Below are positions 51,344 to 63,572 of a stretch of DNA of 64,000 nt, one piece after another. Each line of letters begins with the position of its first letter. Position 1 is the first letter of the stretch. The DNA comes from Trichosphaerium sp. ATCC 40318. Its lineage: Eukaryota > Protista > Tubulinea. The DNA lies in the NCBI GenBank assembly GCA_038496445.1, contig JALMLS010000216.1:496001-560000 (forward strand), written 5' to 3'. Under the pieces are notes generated by a model. It was not told where the DNA came from, searched no databases, and saw nothing but the letters and a program-made list of their open reading frames with translations. The translations under genes were made by a program, and so were the position numbers.

Positions 51344-54300
51344 ATGGATAGAAATCAAGGCGAATGGAAGACTACGGGTAAGAAGAGATCCACAACGCAA
51401 AGGCAGAGGCTTCCAAAAACCACAGCCTCTTCTTCTGAAGACGATACGCAAGCATGGCGCGTTGCGGTATCTCCCGCGAGCGTTCACGGGCGTGAAAACG
51501 TTCGATTGAAACACAGAGTATTTCTAGGTGCGTTACGGTCTAAAAATTGCTCTTTTAAATCTTATAGGCGGAACTAAGCATCTCACGGAAGATGAGCTGT
51601 TTTCTTGTGTTACTAAAATCATTAAAGAAATTGGCATTCCTGGTGAGGTCGTAGACGTACACGTAGTGCGAAAAGATGGTGTGTTTAGCAACCAGTTGTT
51701 TTCATAAAACATTTTTTTTTTTTGTAATTTGAATACTTATCCATCAATCAGGTGTTCCTCAAGGTCACGGTTATATAAACGTGAGTAACCCTGAAATTGC
51801 TACGAAATTAATCGAGATTGAGTGGTTGTATTGCACTAGTGTTAAGGTACGAAAAAGAATAAACCAAATAGACGCTAAAACAAATATTTGAGTGTCTTTT
51901 TGTAAATGTTTTAAAGCGACAAACTCGTTTTCGTTTCTTTAGAAAATATTTTGTTTTTTGTTGTTGTTCTGACTTTTTATGGCATAGGTGCAAGTACGGC
52001 CTTACTTTAGCAGGCCTGAATACATTGAAAATGATCTACGTGTTGAGCGTACTCTAGTATCTATGAATCAGACACCTAGTCACGGTACTGGTATAAAAAT
52101 AGAGGAAACAAGAAGCAAGGTACGTTTTTTTTTGTTTGGTTTTTTTTTTGTTTTACATAAATAGTAATCAATTCATGAACCCTTATCTGTTTCTAAACAA
52201 TGCCCACAATAATATTTACGCTTGTGAGACTTGTTTGTTATTACTTTGAAAGAAAGAAAAGCGTTGGCAATGTAAGCATTTTCAAGTACTTATTATGAGC
52301 TGTAGAAAGGACCACTGAACCTAGGAGAGAAGCTTACGCTCGTATTAAAAATAGTGAATAAGAGCCCACAACCTGCTGTCCTACAAGAGGTTGTATCAAT
52401 TCCTAAACGACCAGAATTTCGGGTGTACCCAAATTTTAGACCTTTGCAATACAAGAACAGTACGTCAGATGCTTAGAATTAATCAAAATTTATTTTCTTG
52501 ATCAAATTGAATAGTATTAATTTTTTCATAAGGTCCAGAGGTTCAAGCGAACAATGCGCAGTTCAGGGTACGTCTAAATAGCTTTTTTTTTTGATTTTTT
52601 TTTCTTTTTTCATTTCACTTGAGATTAATCTAAACGTTTTTAATTAGCAAGTATCAGTACCTGCTGGTGGTTCACATAGAGTTCACGTAATTTTTGATCC
52701 GAAAGAACCATTTTTGAGACATGGGTTGTACAGGTAATTTGCGGATACTTATTTTTATTTGTTTATTTTTTCTTCTTTTTGTTTTTGTTATATTTCGTTG
52801 TCTTTGATGAGAAGCACTCTGGCAGGGGCCATATGAGGGACTGACATTTATGTCATCTCTGTGAATTTACACCAGAGCGCTGAGACAGTCTAAACTAAAG
52901 CGAAACACTAATTTTAAGTAATTTTTCTTTTTATTAAAGTCCATTTTAGGCTTGTTATTGCGTTTCGGTTCGCGAACTTTGCAGTGTCTAAACATATTAA
53001 AGTAGAAGTATCTCATACACAAGGTATGTCCACATTCGATGTCCAAAATATTTTGACACTTTGTTTAGAATTAGCACTTCTACAGCCTAAAACAAAGTAT
53101 GTTATTAATGAGGACAACGAACATGATAACCAACGTGTTATTGTACCTGCTTTCCCACCAAGCCGTAAGACATCTCCTCAATTACGAGCGATAATAATGG
53201 GATCACGTATGGTCGAAGGACTTAAGGAATATGCCATACCTGAGTCCATAGCAGTACGAAACTCTTAGTTTTGGTTAAGTTTCGTAAACTAATATTTTCA
53301 CTGAAGGGAAAGAAACAGACGTTCAAGGATAAGAATCTTAACCCTTGGGGTGCTCAGCAAAATTATCGGTCACGTATGCACGATTTGTTATGGTTTGAAG
53401 AGGCAAAACGAAAGAAACTTATGAGACAAACATATTTGTACAATGTGTCATTAGAAAATGTCACTTCTTACAACAAGTACGGTTTTTGTTGAGGAGTACA
53501 TCTTGCTTATTTATACATTTCTTAGAGGAGGTAAGACTGTTGAAATTCAGAAAGGTGATGACGCTTTGTTGCGTGTATTTGTACCAGGGTTAGCTGATAG
53601 TAGGCCTTATGTGGAAACTGGTGACATTGTCTATGCTTGGACTGAAAAAAGTATTATTCTTTTGTTGCTTGTTGTTACATTTCTCATATTATGGTAGATG
53701 CAGATGTCGAATTTGAGGGTGTCGTATTCCGTATAGATGCGGGCCACTGTTACCTTATGTTTTCGAAGGACTTTCATGACCGTGTCACTCCTGGAGACCG
53801 ATTTGTTATAAAATTTACATTAAACAGAAATCATTTCCGGTTTATGCATAGGGCGGTTGATAATGCTAATATTGATCTTGTATGGCCTGAATATAATGGT
53901 ACTGTTTATTTAAAGTTACCACTTTGGGCACTTACTTATTTAAAAAGGTGCATCGACCTTGAAAGGTAAAAATAGTGTAATTTCTGCAGATCAACTTCGA
54001 TGGTTTGATAAGGCCATCTCTAATAATCCAACTCAAGTATCTGTAATTCTTAGTGTTCTCAACACACATCCACCCATTGCGTACGTTAATTGTAGGACGT
54101 ATAACCCTACAACACCAAGAGAGCTAGACTTTAATTGTTCTTCCGATTTTTTTTGTTTTTGTATCTTTTTCTCACCTTTTTTCATAGTCGGGAGCCATTT
54201 TTATTATTCGGTCCATTTGGCACTGGTAAATCAAGGACGTTGGTTGAGATGATAATGCAAATTCTTTATAGTCAGGAAAACTCAAAAGTGCTTGTTTGTG

Positions 54301-57300
54301 CTGCATCTGAGAGGTTAGTAAAATTATCATTTTATAGTCCTTGTATCTTATTGATTTTATTATAGTGCTGCTGATGTTTTCACAACTAATCTTTGCCGAT
54401 ATGGCGGTATTACGCCACATAATTTATTCCGCCTTTATGCAAGAAACCATCCTCGGTTTGCTGTTAAAAAAGGCACAGTGCCTTTTACGTACTATAATGA
54501 TGCTCAAGAATCATTTGGTATTCGTCCTTTACCTCAGTTACAAGCATGTAAGATAATTGTATGTACTAGGTACGTTGTGCAGATGCTTAAGCTTTTTTAG
54601 GATCTCGTGTGTTGCACTAACTTTTCTAACTTTTTTATAATAGCTTGTCTGCTGGTTATCTTTGCAATACTGGCATTGATAATAGTCACTTTACACATTT
54701 AATACTTGATGAAGCAACACAAATGAATGAAGCTGAAGCTTTGATTCCTATCTCTTTAGTAAGCAAGAATTGCATAATTGTGATGGCTGGTGATGAAAGA
54801 CAGGTTAGTAAATTAAATTTTACTTTTTTTTTTGTTGCTCAACTTTACGCTAGGTCGGCCCTAAATTACATGGTCGTGCTGTAATTGATCAAATGTTATC
54901 AAATTCTGTTATGGGCAGGTTAAAAGAACTGAAGTTATACAAACGAGTACGCAGTGGTGGCACAGTTTATTGTATTTTTTGGTGGTTTTTTTTGCTTTTT
55001 GTTTTATTGTGTTTTGATTATTAAATTCTTTATTTAGCCTACAGCACGTTGTACAACGTTGAGTGTAAATTATAGAACTAATAGAAGCCTTCTTCGAGTT
55101 ACTTCTGATCTATTCTACCAGTCAAAGATCAAAGCAACAGTAAACAAAGAGTTTGGCGCAATTTCTAAATGGGATAAACTACCATCTACAAAGTACCCTT
55201 TAATGTTCTTTGGTATTGAAGGTAGAGGTGTCAGGTATGTTCATTTCCTTTCTTTCTCACCGTTTTCTTCATCTCGTTAATTAAATATACGTTAGGGAGG
55301 GTGATTCACCTAGTTTCTACAACCCACATGAAGCAATAGAAGTTTCTGATTTAGTTGAAAGTATGTTGCAACAAAGTGTCACAGAAGATGATATTGGTGT
55401 AATAACACCATACTATAAACAGGTAGCATATATACACTAACATCTAAGACTGTATTTCGCTAATTTGTATGTGTCAAGGCTCAAAAAATTCGTTTCTTGC
55501 TTAAACGCAGAGGAATCTCGTAAGTTCTTTTTTCTCCAAAGAGAAAGCCTTGAACGAAATGCATTTTCTTAACTACTTTCTTTGTAGGCGTATTAAAGTT
55601 GGTGATGTTTCCTCTTTTCAAGGCACTGAGAAAAAGGCTATCATCCTTTCAACAGTCCGTGTATCAAAGAACTGGCTTGATTATGATAAGAAGAATGGTC
55701 TAGGCTTTTTGTTTAACCCTCAACTTCTCAATACAGCTATGACCCGAGCTATTGCTCTTGTAGTTGTAGTGGTACGCCAAAGAATGCCTTTATTATAGAA
55801 CGAACTTTAATATCGTTATAACAGGGTGATCCGTACCTGCTAAGCATGGATATGTGTTGGAAACGTATACTTGAGAACTGTAGGCACAATGGCGCCTATT
55901 TTGGACCAGATTTGCACAAAGAGTATCTAGAGAGTAGAGCTAAACAAGAAAAGCGGCGGTCAAGGTCACTATCGCGGAGATCTCGCTCACACTCAAGAAC
56001 AAGCATGGATACAGGCGTATGTTACATGTCAAGTATTTATGGCTTATATTGTGATAGCATGAGTCCAGCGTATCGGAATACTCTTCTTCGAGTAGTACTT
56101 ATTCGTATTCAAGCTCTTTGAGCTCAGTAAGCACAATAAGTACGCGATCAGAGAACAATAATCATCGAGGAAGATCAAAAACAAGTAAGTATACCTAGTC
56201 AATTTACTATGCTTGTATTGACCTTTTCTGTGTTACTAGCTGTTCCTCAGCAAGCTATAAGTTGGAGTGCAGTGGCAAGACGATCTAAAAGCGTTGGTAT
56301 GTAAACCCCTGTTAGTTAGAGTTCTTTTCTTTTTTATTCTTTTCGTTTGTTTTTTGTAGAATAGCGCAAAGTATTTTGTACTTTGTTGTTGTTTTTTACG
56401 CGTTCTTGTTTTACTGAGCCATAGACTCTGATTCAGCTCCTGAGATGGAGCCATCGCGGTTAAGACCTATAGGCCCACCAAGAGGTGCTCTTACGAGAGT
56501 GTAGCTAATTATGACGACTGTTTTTTGCTAAATCTTCTTTTTAGCTCGTGGTACAGATCCTGTAGCTACACCTGCTAGTTCTGTTGCTAGTTCAAGACGT
56601 AGTTCTATAGATTCTATGGCCTCCTGGACATCAGAGGTACTTTCTCAAGATTCGAAACTACCTCGATCTTCAAGCGTAAGTCACAGAATCTATCCCACTG
56701 GGTGCTCAAGTTTTTTGGCTAGGATGTTTCTTTGAGTTCTCGAATGAGTTCGTTCCCGCCTCCTGGATTCGGTAGTGTCGGACAGTACCCAGAATCTGAT
56801 AGTAGTTACCACTCACACGCGTCTCACGCTTCACATGCCTCTCATGCTTCTTCTCCCTTCCATGCTGCTGGCTATGCATCAGTACGATTTAAATAGCCTT
56901 AAAATCCTCGTCATCTCATTCTTCTCTCAGGTTTACTCGCCGTTCGGTTTTCCTTCGACAGCGAAGTCTAACTCTTCTTTCAACTTCCCACATGAACAAG
57001 CTCCTCCAAGTGAACCCATGACGCTCTTTTCAGAGGTACAACACCTAGAGCTAACTTTTTTTTTTGTCCTTTACAAGTAACTTAACATTATCAATTAAGC
57101 AACAACCCAATCCAATTGGCCCAAGTTTGGCACCTAAATCAAACGAACTACTCGGGTTTGACTGTATCTACACAATAAGAGAATCAGGTCACAACTTTGT
57201 ATTTAAATCGCCTACACTACGTGCACCGAACCTAGTAGTTTATAGCAACCCAAAAGACTTGGAAGTCCATATTTCTCTATTTGGGCTACAACCTATCATA

Positions 57301-57558
57301 CAGCAAGTAGGCGATAAACTTTCAATGCAATTTACAATATGCGGGCATTTACAATCAGCTGTGTATAGTTACGGCGTTACACCAGCTAATTTACTTATTG
57401 TTATACCGTATGGTTACGATGAGAAGGCTGTTGATGTTTCAAGGAATGAAACGTTACTTCGGATACGTATACCAAAGAGTATGCCTCTTAGGAGGCGTAT
57501 AGAACCACGACAGTTCCCTGATGGATTAATGGAGCCTTTTAGTTTAATGAACCTTTAA
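51344..57558 (+). CDS. Upf1-like SF1 RNA helicase (HELZ/MOV10/SDE3 group) with N-terminal RRM and C-terminal HSP20-like domain
   Basis: RVFLGG..GHGYINV (RRM); NYRSRMHDLLWFEE; VPGLADSRP; FGPFGTGKS; LILDEATQ; AGDERQ; NYRT; GVITPYYKQ; FQGTEK; LLNTAMTRA. Confidence 0.9.
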
Positions 57559-57909
57559 AAAAGACGATTCTTTTTTTTTGCTGCTTTTTTTTTTTGCTGG
57601 TTTGGCTGTGGCTGTGTATGATTGCTTATATAATGTGTGATGTATGTAATTTTAGTGTTTGTACTTGTAACTTTTGCACATTGACAAGTGTTGCAGCAGA
57701 AAAAAAAAAGGAGAAAAAGAAGAAAATAATAATAATTAATTACAAAACACTGGTCTTTGCTTGGAAATTTGTTACTTCACTGTTAAGTCAATTGCATATT
57801 TACAATATAAATACCTGAGATTACAAAAGAGTATAGAAGACTACAGGCATTATGAAAGAGACAGTTATAAACGCTATGCAAACTTTGATGTTAAAAAGAA
57901 GGTTACATA

Positions 57910-58345
57910 ATTATTTAAACATTTCAGTACATCTCACGTGCCTACAACCACGGAGGTCCAATACCTTTACATCATCAGTGTTTGATAGGTTGATAGTATG
58001 TGCACTTGCGAGGCTTTCCATGCATGTCCAGTGATCCCTCTACAACCTGATAGGTCTATTTTATGTACTCCACGCAAAGCTGATACACCTTTATCTGTTA
58101 CAGCTTACAACTTAGACCAATTGTGTGTACACCTGCTAAGGGCATCACATCGGAATCTGTCACCTTTGTTTGACTCAAATCAATGCAACGTGCCTGCTAA
58201 GGATGAAATACCGGCATCTGTTATTTGCATGCAACCCTAACCTATTGTGTTCACCTTTCCTGCCAACTTATACAGCATGTTATCTGTAACTTCAGAATAA
58301 GGAAGTGTTATATGTGGTGTTCCTACAAGAGAAGTGATTCTAGAT
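57910..58345 (-). pseudogene. Degenerate LRR gene related to the F-box/LRR at 46477
   Basis: Minus strand reads EVTDNML, ITDAGISSLAG, LAGVHTIGLS, LRGVHKIDLSGC and AHTINLS, with in-frame stops and several frameshifts. Confidence 0.7.
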
Positions 58346-59021
58346 GATAGGCAAAATGGAGGCTAAACTTGGTTGAGAGTTTACAAGTACAATAAAGAAA
58401 GTACCAAAGCAAGTGAGAAATAGACAGCTTTAAAAAAGAAGAGTTGAAACAGCAAACAAACACGTTGCATATGCGAATTGGTGAGATTTATACGCAGAAT
58501 AAAGACTATTCTGATTCTGTTACCGATTACATACACCGACTTGCGGAAAAGTTCGTAAAGATTAATCTAGAGAACAAATTTGCAACGATATTGTCAATGT
58601 AGGTGTGAGTTAAATCAATCGTAAAAGTTGACTTTTTCTTTCAAAATACCTTGTTTTGTTTGTGTTTTTTTTGTAGTTGGTTGCTAAGTTGAAGCGATGT
58701 AAGCAAGCGGTATAGACTGATTTTGGCACAGCTGTAAAGCTGCACATCCTTATACCGATTGAGAAGCTGAAGATTGAAATACTTCGCAGCCACTTTGAAA
58801 AGTAATGGAAATTTAAGAAAAATCAAAGTTGGCCTAGTTTTCGATGCTTACCATGTTTGTTTCGATCAAAAAGCCCAACCGGGAACTAACACAATAAAGA
58901 CTACTCGGTATTTTATACCATTGACCAAACACTTAAGTCTTACAAGAATACACAAAGGTTTTCTTGGCTCAGTCTTTTTTTGTGTTTTTGAATAAAGTAA
59001 AACGCGAAACTTCAACACAAC

Positions 59022-59273
59022 ATGGCAACAACCAGTACAGATAAGAAAAATACACCTGCTCCTATTCCGCACACTCCTGGAGGATATGAGAAACAATGCG
59101 AACGTAAATGCTCAGTGCCTGTTACACGCGATTGGCCGCCTCAGAACCTCAAGGATTGGCCTGTTAAAGACGATCCCGACGATAGGTGCTCAATGGGACG
59201 TTATTTCATTACATTTGCATGTACTGTATGTGGATATTGCCCAAACTGTACAACAAGTTGCATTAGCACTTAA
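59022..59273 (+). CDS. 83-aa cysteine-rich microprotein
   Basis: Single-exon ORF with CA-rich start context (caacacaacATGG), similar to the lectin gene; eight Cys, including CTVCGYCPNCTTSC. Confidence 0.6.
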   Translation: MATTSTDKKNTPAPIPHTPGGYEKQCERKCSVPVTRDWPPQNLKDWPVKDDPDDRCSMGRYFITFACTVCGYCPNCTTSCIST

Positions 59274-59672
59274 TTTGACTCCTAAAAAGTAAACTAATGA
59301 TTATTTTACGAAAGAGTTTATTTTAGTATTTGCTATTTTTACCTCACATGTGTAAACCAGATTTTCTACTTAACACCCCACGCTTTGGGACAGCATACCT
59401 AGAATCAAATACATACCATTTGAGTGCCCGAAAGGTTAAATAAACCACGTGGAGCACAAAATCGGCTGTAACAATTATTGAGCTTTTTTTTCATGTTCTT
59501 TTAACGTCGTATTAACTAAGATCAGTACGTATTCGTAATGACCCGTCTTGCGGAGCGTGAATTGTTCAGGCGTGCATTAGTGCACATAATTATGTAAGGT
59601 TTTAGATCTCGTGGAGGTTGTGAGCATGGAGTGTTTGAGCATTAAAAGTCAAAAAAGATTAACATATTAACG

Positions 59673-60126
59673 ATGGCAACAAATCAATCACCGAGGTTTC
59701 CTCAGCTGAAGGTAATTGGTTATTTAGTACTTAATATACATAACCACATGACCAGCTATTGTAGTAGATAAAGAAGAGTAAAATCGGCTGTAGGCTGGAG
59801 GTTTATGGTTGTTTAAGTTGCGTACTGAAGAAAAGATGAAACTTGGCTACGAAGACTACTTGACAGAATCCCATGAGAGATATAATCGCGAGCTAGAAAA
59901 CCATGATGTACATTAGGAAAGGCCTATGCTGAATTGAAAAAGCTCAACTTGAGAACTGCAATGGCAAGGTTGAACGCCAGATGAAGAACGCTAAGGAAGT
60001 TGAGGCCAGAGGTTTCAAGACTTCTTACAAACTTTGGCGAGTGACCTTAGTCTTGACCCTCATCAAAACTTGGAATCTTTGTAAGCTTCCTTGGAGAAAG
60101 CATTAGGCAGTCTACATTTTGAATAA
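59673..60126 (+). pseudogene. Probable degraded coiled-coil protein gene
   Basis: ATG exon with a GT donor, then purine-rich coding-like segments (YEDYLTESHERYNREL, FQDFLQTLASDL) broken by stops and frameshifts. Confidence 0.3.
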
Positions 60127-60576
60127 GTTTAAATAAAGTTCATGCTTCGTTGATTGTTTTTTTTCAAAATAAAGCTTCCTATTTTTTTCTGAGTGTTACT
60201 GGTACGCCTTGTTGTTTAGTTATTCATACCTAATTTTCGCTACAAGTCCATGAGCGTGCTTTTAAACCAATTAGTGGTATGACATTACGTTATCTTTAAA
60301 ACGAGGTGAGCTCTATGGGAAGTTTTGATCTTCTTTGCATTTATTTTACAACTATTTGTTTTTGGAATTCAGGCATCTTTAACCTGTGGTCCAAGACAAC
60401 ATGATACACATAACTCGTATACTTTACAACATATTTATCGAGTATTGCATGACTTACACCGAACAAAGAGAGAAAAGTAAGAACATGGCTGAGACATTGA
60501 AGTGAATTTTTGTTTTCGAGAAAACGTCTTTCTAGCTTCTTGATCACCACGCCCTGTTATTAGTTAAACAGTTTTA

Positions 60577-61497
60577 TTAGGGTGTCTTGTACATTGTAAG
60601 ATTTACAACATTGCTTGTAACAATTAAACGGCGTTCATAAATACTACAAGCACTATAGCGATGTTGTTCCCTTAAAATGTCAACCATAGCAAACACCTGA
60701 ACAGGAAACACAGATGGTGTTTTAGAGTTGGCAATATAAACATGATCAAGTCTACCTTGAAGAGATAAGGTATCAAGAGGTACAGAGTTACTTGCAAAAC
60801 TAGCAAACCTGCTTTGAAAAAGAAATGGTATTTTAAAGATAAGTCTATTTCCTGGATACAATGTTTTGTTAAAGTCACGTGACTGTACAAAACTAATAAT
60901 CTCATGGTTCTCCCTATAGTTATCTAGGAACCTATTTGAATTCTTGACTAGAGGGTTCCAAACATAAATAGCACTTCCACCTTCAATGGCATGACAGTCA
61001 TCAAGATTTGCTCCATGACCAAGGTGTACCATCTCTGGTGTTGTACCGATATTCTCAAGTGTAAGTGTGAGTGTTAATGTCTGTCCTTTATGAACATGTT
61101 TGTTGTCACAACTCAACTCTGAGACTATGTTTGGGCGAATTCTGTTTTGATACTTTTCTTTCCATGTGACTGCACCAAGATTACATACAGTCTCTTGAGC
61201 TTTTATTTTCCAAAACATTTGTTGATCAGGATCGTTTGCTAAAGTTTTATGTATAGCATTATATACTTCTTCACCCTCAGGACCCCATTTGTGATGGTAT
61301 AGGCTTTTATAAATGTAATTTGAATCAGTTCGTATTGTTTCGCAAAGATAACGGTTTGATTGTTGTAATGAACCCAAATCTGTCCATGTCAGGTTGTTTC
61401 TAACGATAATACTTAAAAGTAGCTCGAGAGGTAGTAACAATAGTTCTGCAGTATCTGTGGCGTTACTGTCGACTGATGCGATGCGATTGGTAGTCAT
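60577..61497 (-). CDS. Intronless F-box protein with a C-terminal Ig-like beta-sandwich
   Basis: LLLLPLELLLSII F-box, WKEKYQNR, then KGQTLTLTLTLENIG...SNVVNLT. Confidence 0.8.
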   Translation of the reverse strand: MTTNRIASVDSNATDTAELLLLPLELLLSIIVRNNLTWTDLGSLQQSNRYLCETIRTDSNYIYKSLYHHKWGPEGEEVYNAIHKTLANDPDQQMFWKIKAQETVCNLGAVTWKEKYQNRIRPNIVSELSCDNKHVHKGQTLTLTLTLENIGTTPEMVHLGHGANLDDCHAIEGGSAIYVWNPLVKNSNRFLDNYRENHEIISFVQSRDFNKTLYPGNRLIFKIPFLFQSRFASFASNSVPLDTLSLQGRLDHVYIANSKTPSVFPVQVFAMVDILREQHRYSACSIYERRLIVTSNVVNLTMYKTP

Positions 61498-61864
61498 TCG
61501 AATGCCATTTAGTTAAGTCAACCAGTTCTGTTTCAACAACTAGCTGTTGACGAAAAAAATCGCAGGAATTTCAAGCGAACTAATGCAATACGCAAACCGT
61601 CACAAAAATTGTAAAAACAAGACAACAGCAAAACAATGCACAGGTGTTTTTTTGGGTCACGTGGTATTAGTCATGACTATCTTTGATGAATATGGCAAGT
61701 ACGTACACATACCACGGAATATACTCTACATAGATATTAGTCTAGGTTACAGACAAAAAATACTTTGCCCGGTCGAACTTTTGAGCGAAAACTAGATTTT
61801 TTTTGTAATTTCTTTTTTGTCGTTTGTAACGAATTCATTTTGATTGTATTCTAATTAATTCACA

Positions 61865-63271
61865 ATGGCCGCTACAACGATGAGAGCTGCTGTATTCAAT
61901 AGTCTAGGACAACCTAAAGACGTAATAGAGGTTAAACAACATCCTAAACCTATTTGTGGTGTGTACAAAATGGAATCTCTTCTATTCCCTTTATTAACGC
62001 CTAATATGTATTTAGGGAAGAAGAAAGTTCTTATTAAAACGAAATATTCCAGTTTGAACCCAAAGGATTGGAAGGTAGCGTAGTTCAGTACAATTAAACG
62101 TTAAAACACCTTTTGACGCATTTCTAGGTACTGACGCATGGTTTTCTAGCGTTTTTGCATGGTGTTTTAAAAACGTTCCCTGCTATAACAGGAACAGACG
62201 GCTCAGGCATCGTAGAAGCCGTAGGCGTAGATTGCAAACGAATTAAAGGTACGACCAACTTTCAATTTACAAGTAACTTCAAGTATCTTTTCAGTACTAA
62301 CTCAAATCTGTAGTTGGTGATGAGGTTATGTATGGTGGTTTTCAAAAAGTAGATGGTCGTTGTATGGCAGAGTACGTCGAGTTACCTGAAGATGATGTTG
62401 AGATAAAGCCATCTAACTTGACATTCCAAGAAGCTGCTTGTCTCCCTGTTGTAAGTTGGGGTTTTTTCTCGATTTTTTAATGTTACGATCACGTGATTAA
62501 TTTCTTTTGTTTTTCATGTTTGTAGTCTAATTTTAATTTGTTTAGATTGGTATTACGGTCATTCAAGCGTTTATGTATACTGCAAAGTTAAAAAAAGGTG
62601 ATCGCGTTTTAATTATTGGCGGAAGTGGAAGTGTTGGTTCATGTGCTACCCAACTTGCTAAGAGTATGGGTTGTCATGTCACTTCTATATGTAGCGGTAA
62701 GAATAAAGAGTATTGTGAAAGTATTGGCGCGGACGATGTAATAGATTACCGTAAAGAAGACTGGAAAGTAACGCAAAAAGTACGGATTGGTTGCTTGTTT
62801 TCTTGTTGACATTTCTTTGTCAGAAAGCAGGGTATAATCTAGTCTTTGACTGTGTCGGGTACAATTGGGATACTATCAAAAAGAATGCCATTGCTTCCAG
62901 TAGTGGACAATACATCACAATTGTTGAAGAAAAAGGCATGAAAACAATAGGTAAGCTTAAGACAATCATCCACAAAAAAGAAAGTGCTAATGCTATGCGT
63001 TTAAGGCAACTTTTTGAACCATGCAGCAACTGTTCATTGGCGAAGTAATCTCGGCGGCATTGGCGCCCCAGGATTCCATCACGTAATGATGAAAGGTACA
63101 AGAAAGCGTTGGACAGATCTCCGAGAATTAGCAGAGAAGGGTATTTTAAAACCTGAAATCGCAAAAGAATACGAACTTGATGATATCATTGAAGCTTTTG
63201 ATGACTGTATGAACAATAAGATGAGAGGAAAACTGGTGATCAAAACGAACAGTAGTGACGATGAGGTTTAA
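61865..63271 (+). CDS. MDR-family NADPH:quinone oxidoreductase (zinc-free, RTN4IP1/ceQORH-like)
   Basis: SSLNPKDWK, GTDGSGIVEAVG, KPSNLTFQEAACLP, VLIIGGSGSVGS, GADDVIDY, GKLVI. Confidence 0.92.
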
Positions 63272-63572
63272 AAGAAGAATGTAGTTGGTAGTTAATAAAT
63301 TGGTGTCTATTAATTAAGAAGCAATGACCGCAAATTTTATAGGAAAACGCACTGTGCTATTAATTTGTCCTGTTCTCTTATAAATGCCCGCTGATCATAT
63401 CCTTCACAAGCAGATATCAAGGAAGTTCATTAAGAAAAATAACTAGCGAGATTCATAGGTTTACGAGGCAACGATGATTGGGCTAAACGGTGGCTTTCAT
63501 TAATGAAAAACAACAATACAGACAGTTTGGGAACATAATTTATTGAGGTGCCTTCAAGCGATAAATAACTGT

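Noticed and set aside
13069-61521. TTGACT (W-box-like) hexamer near several gene starts (13069, 21653, 24146, 26018, 51189, 58628, 61516)
   Set aside because: An AT-rich hexamer expected often by chance; the enrichment cannot be established by eye.
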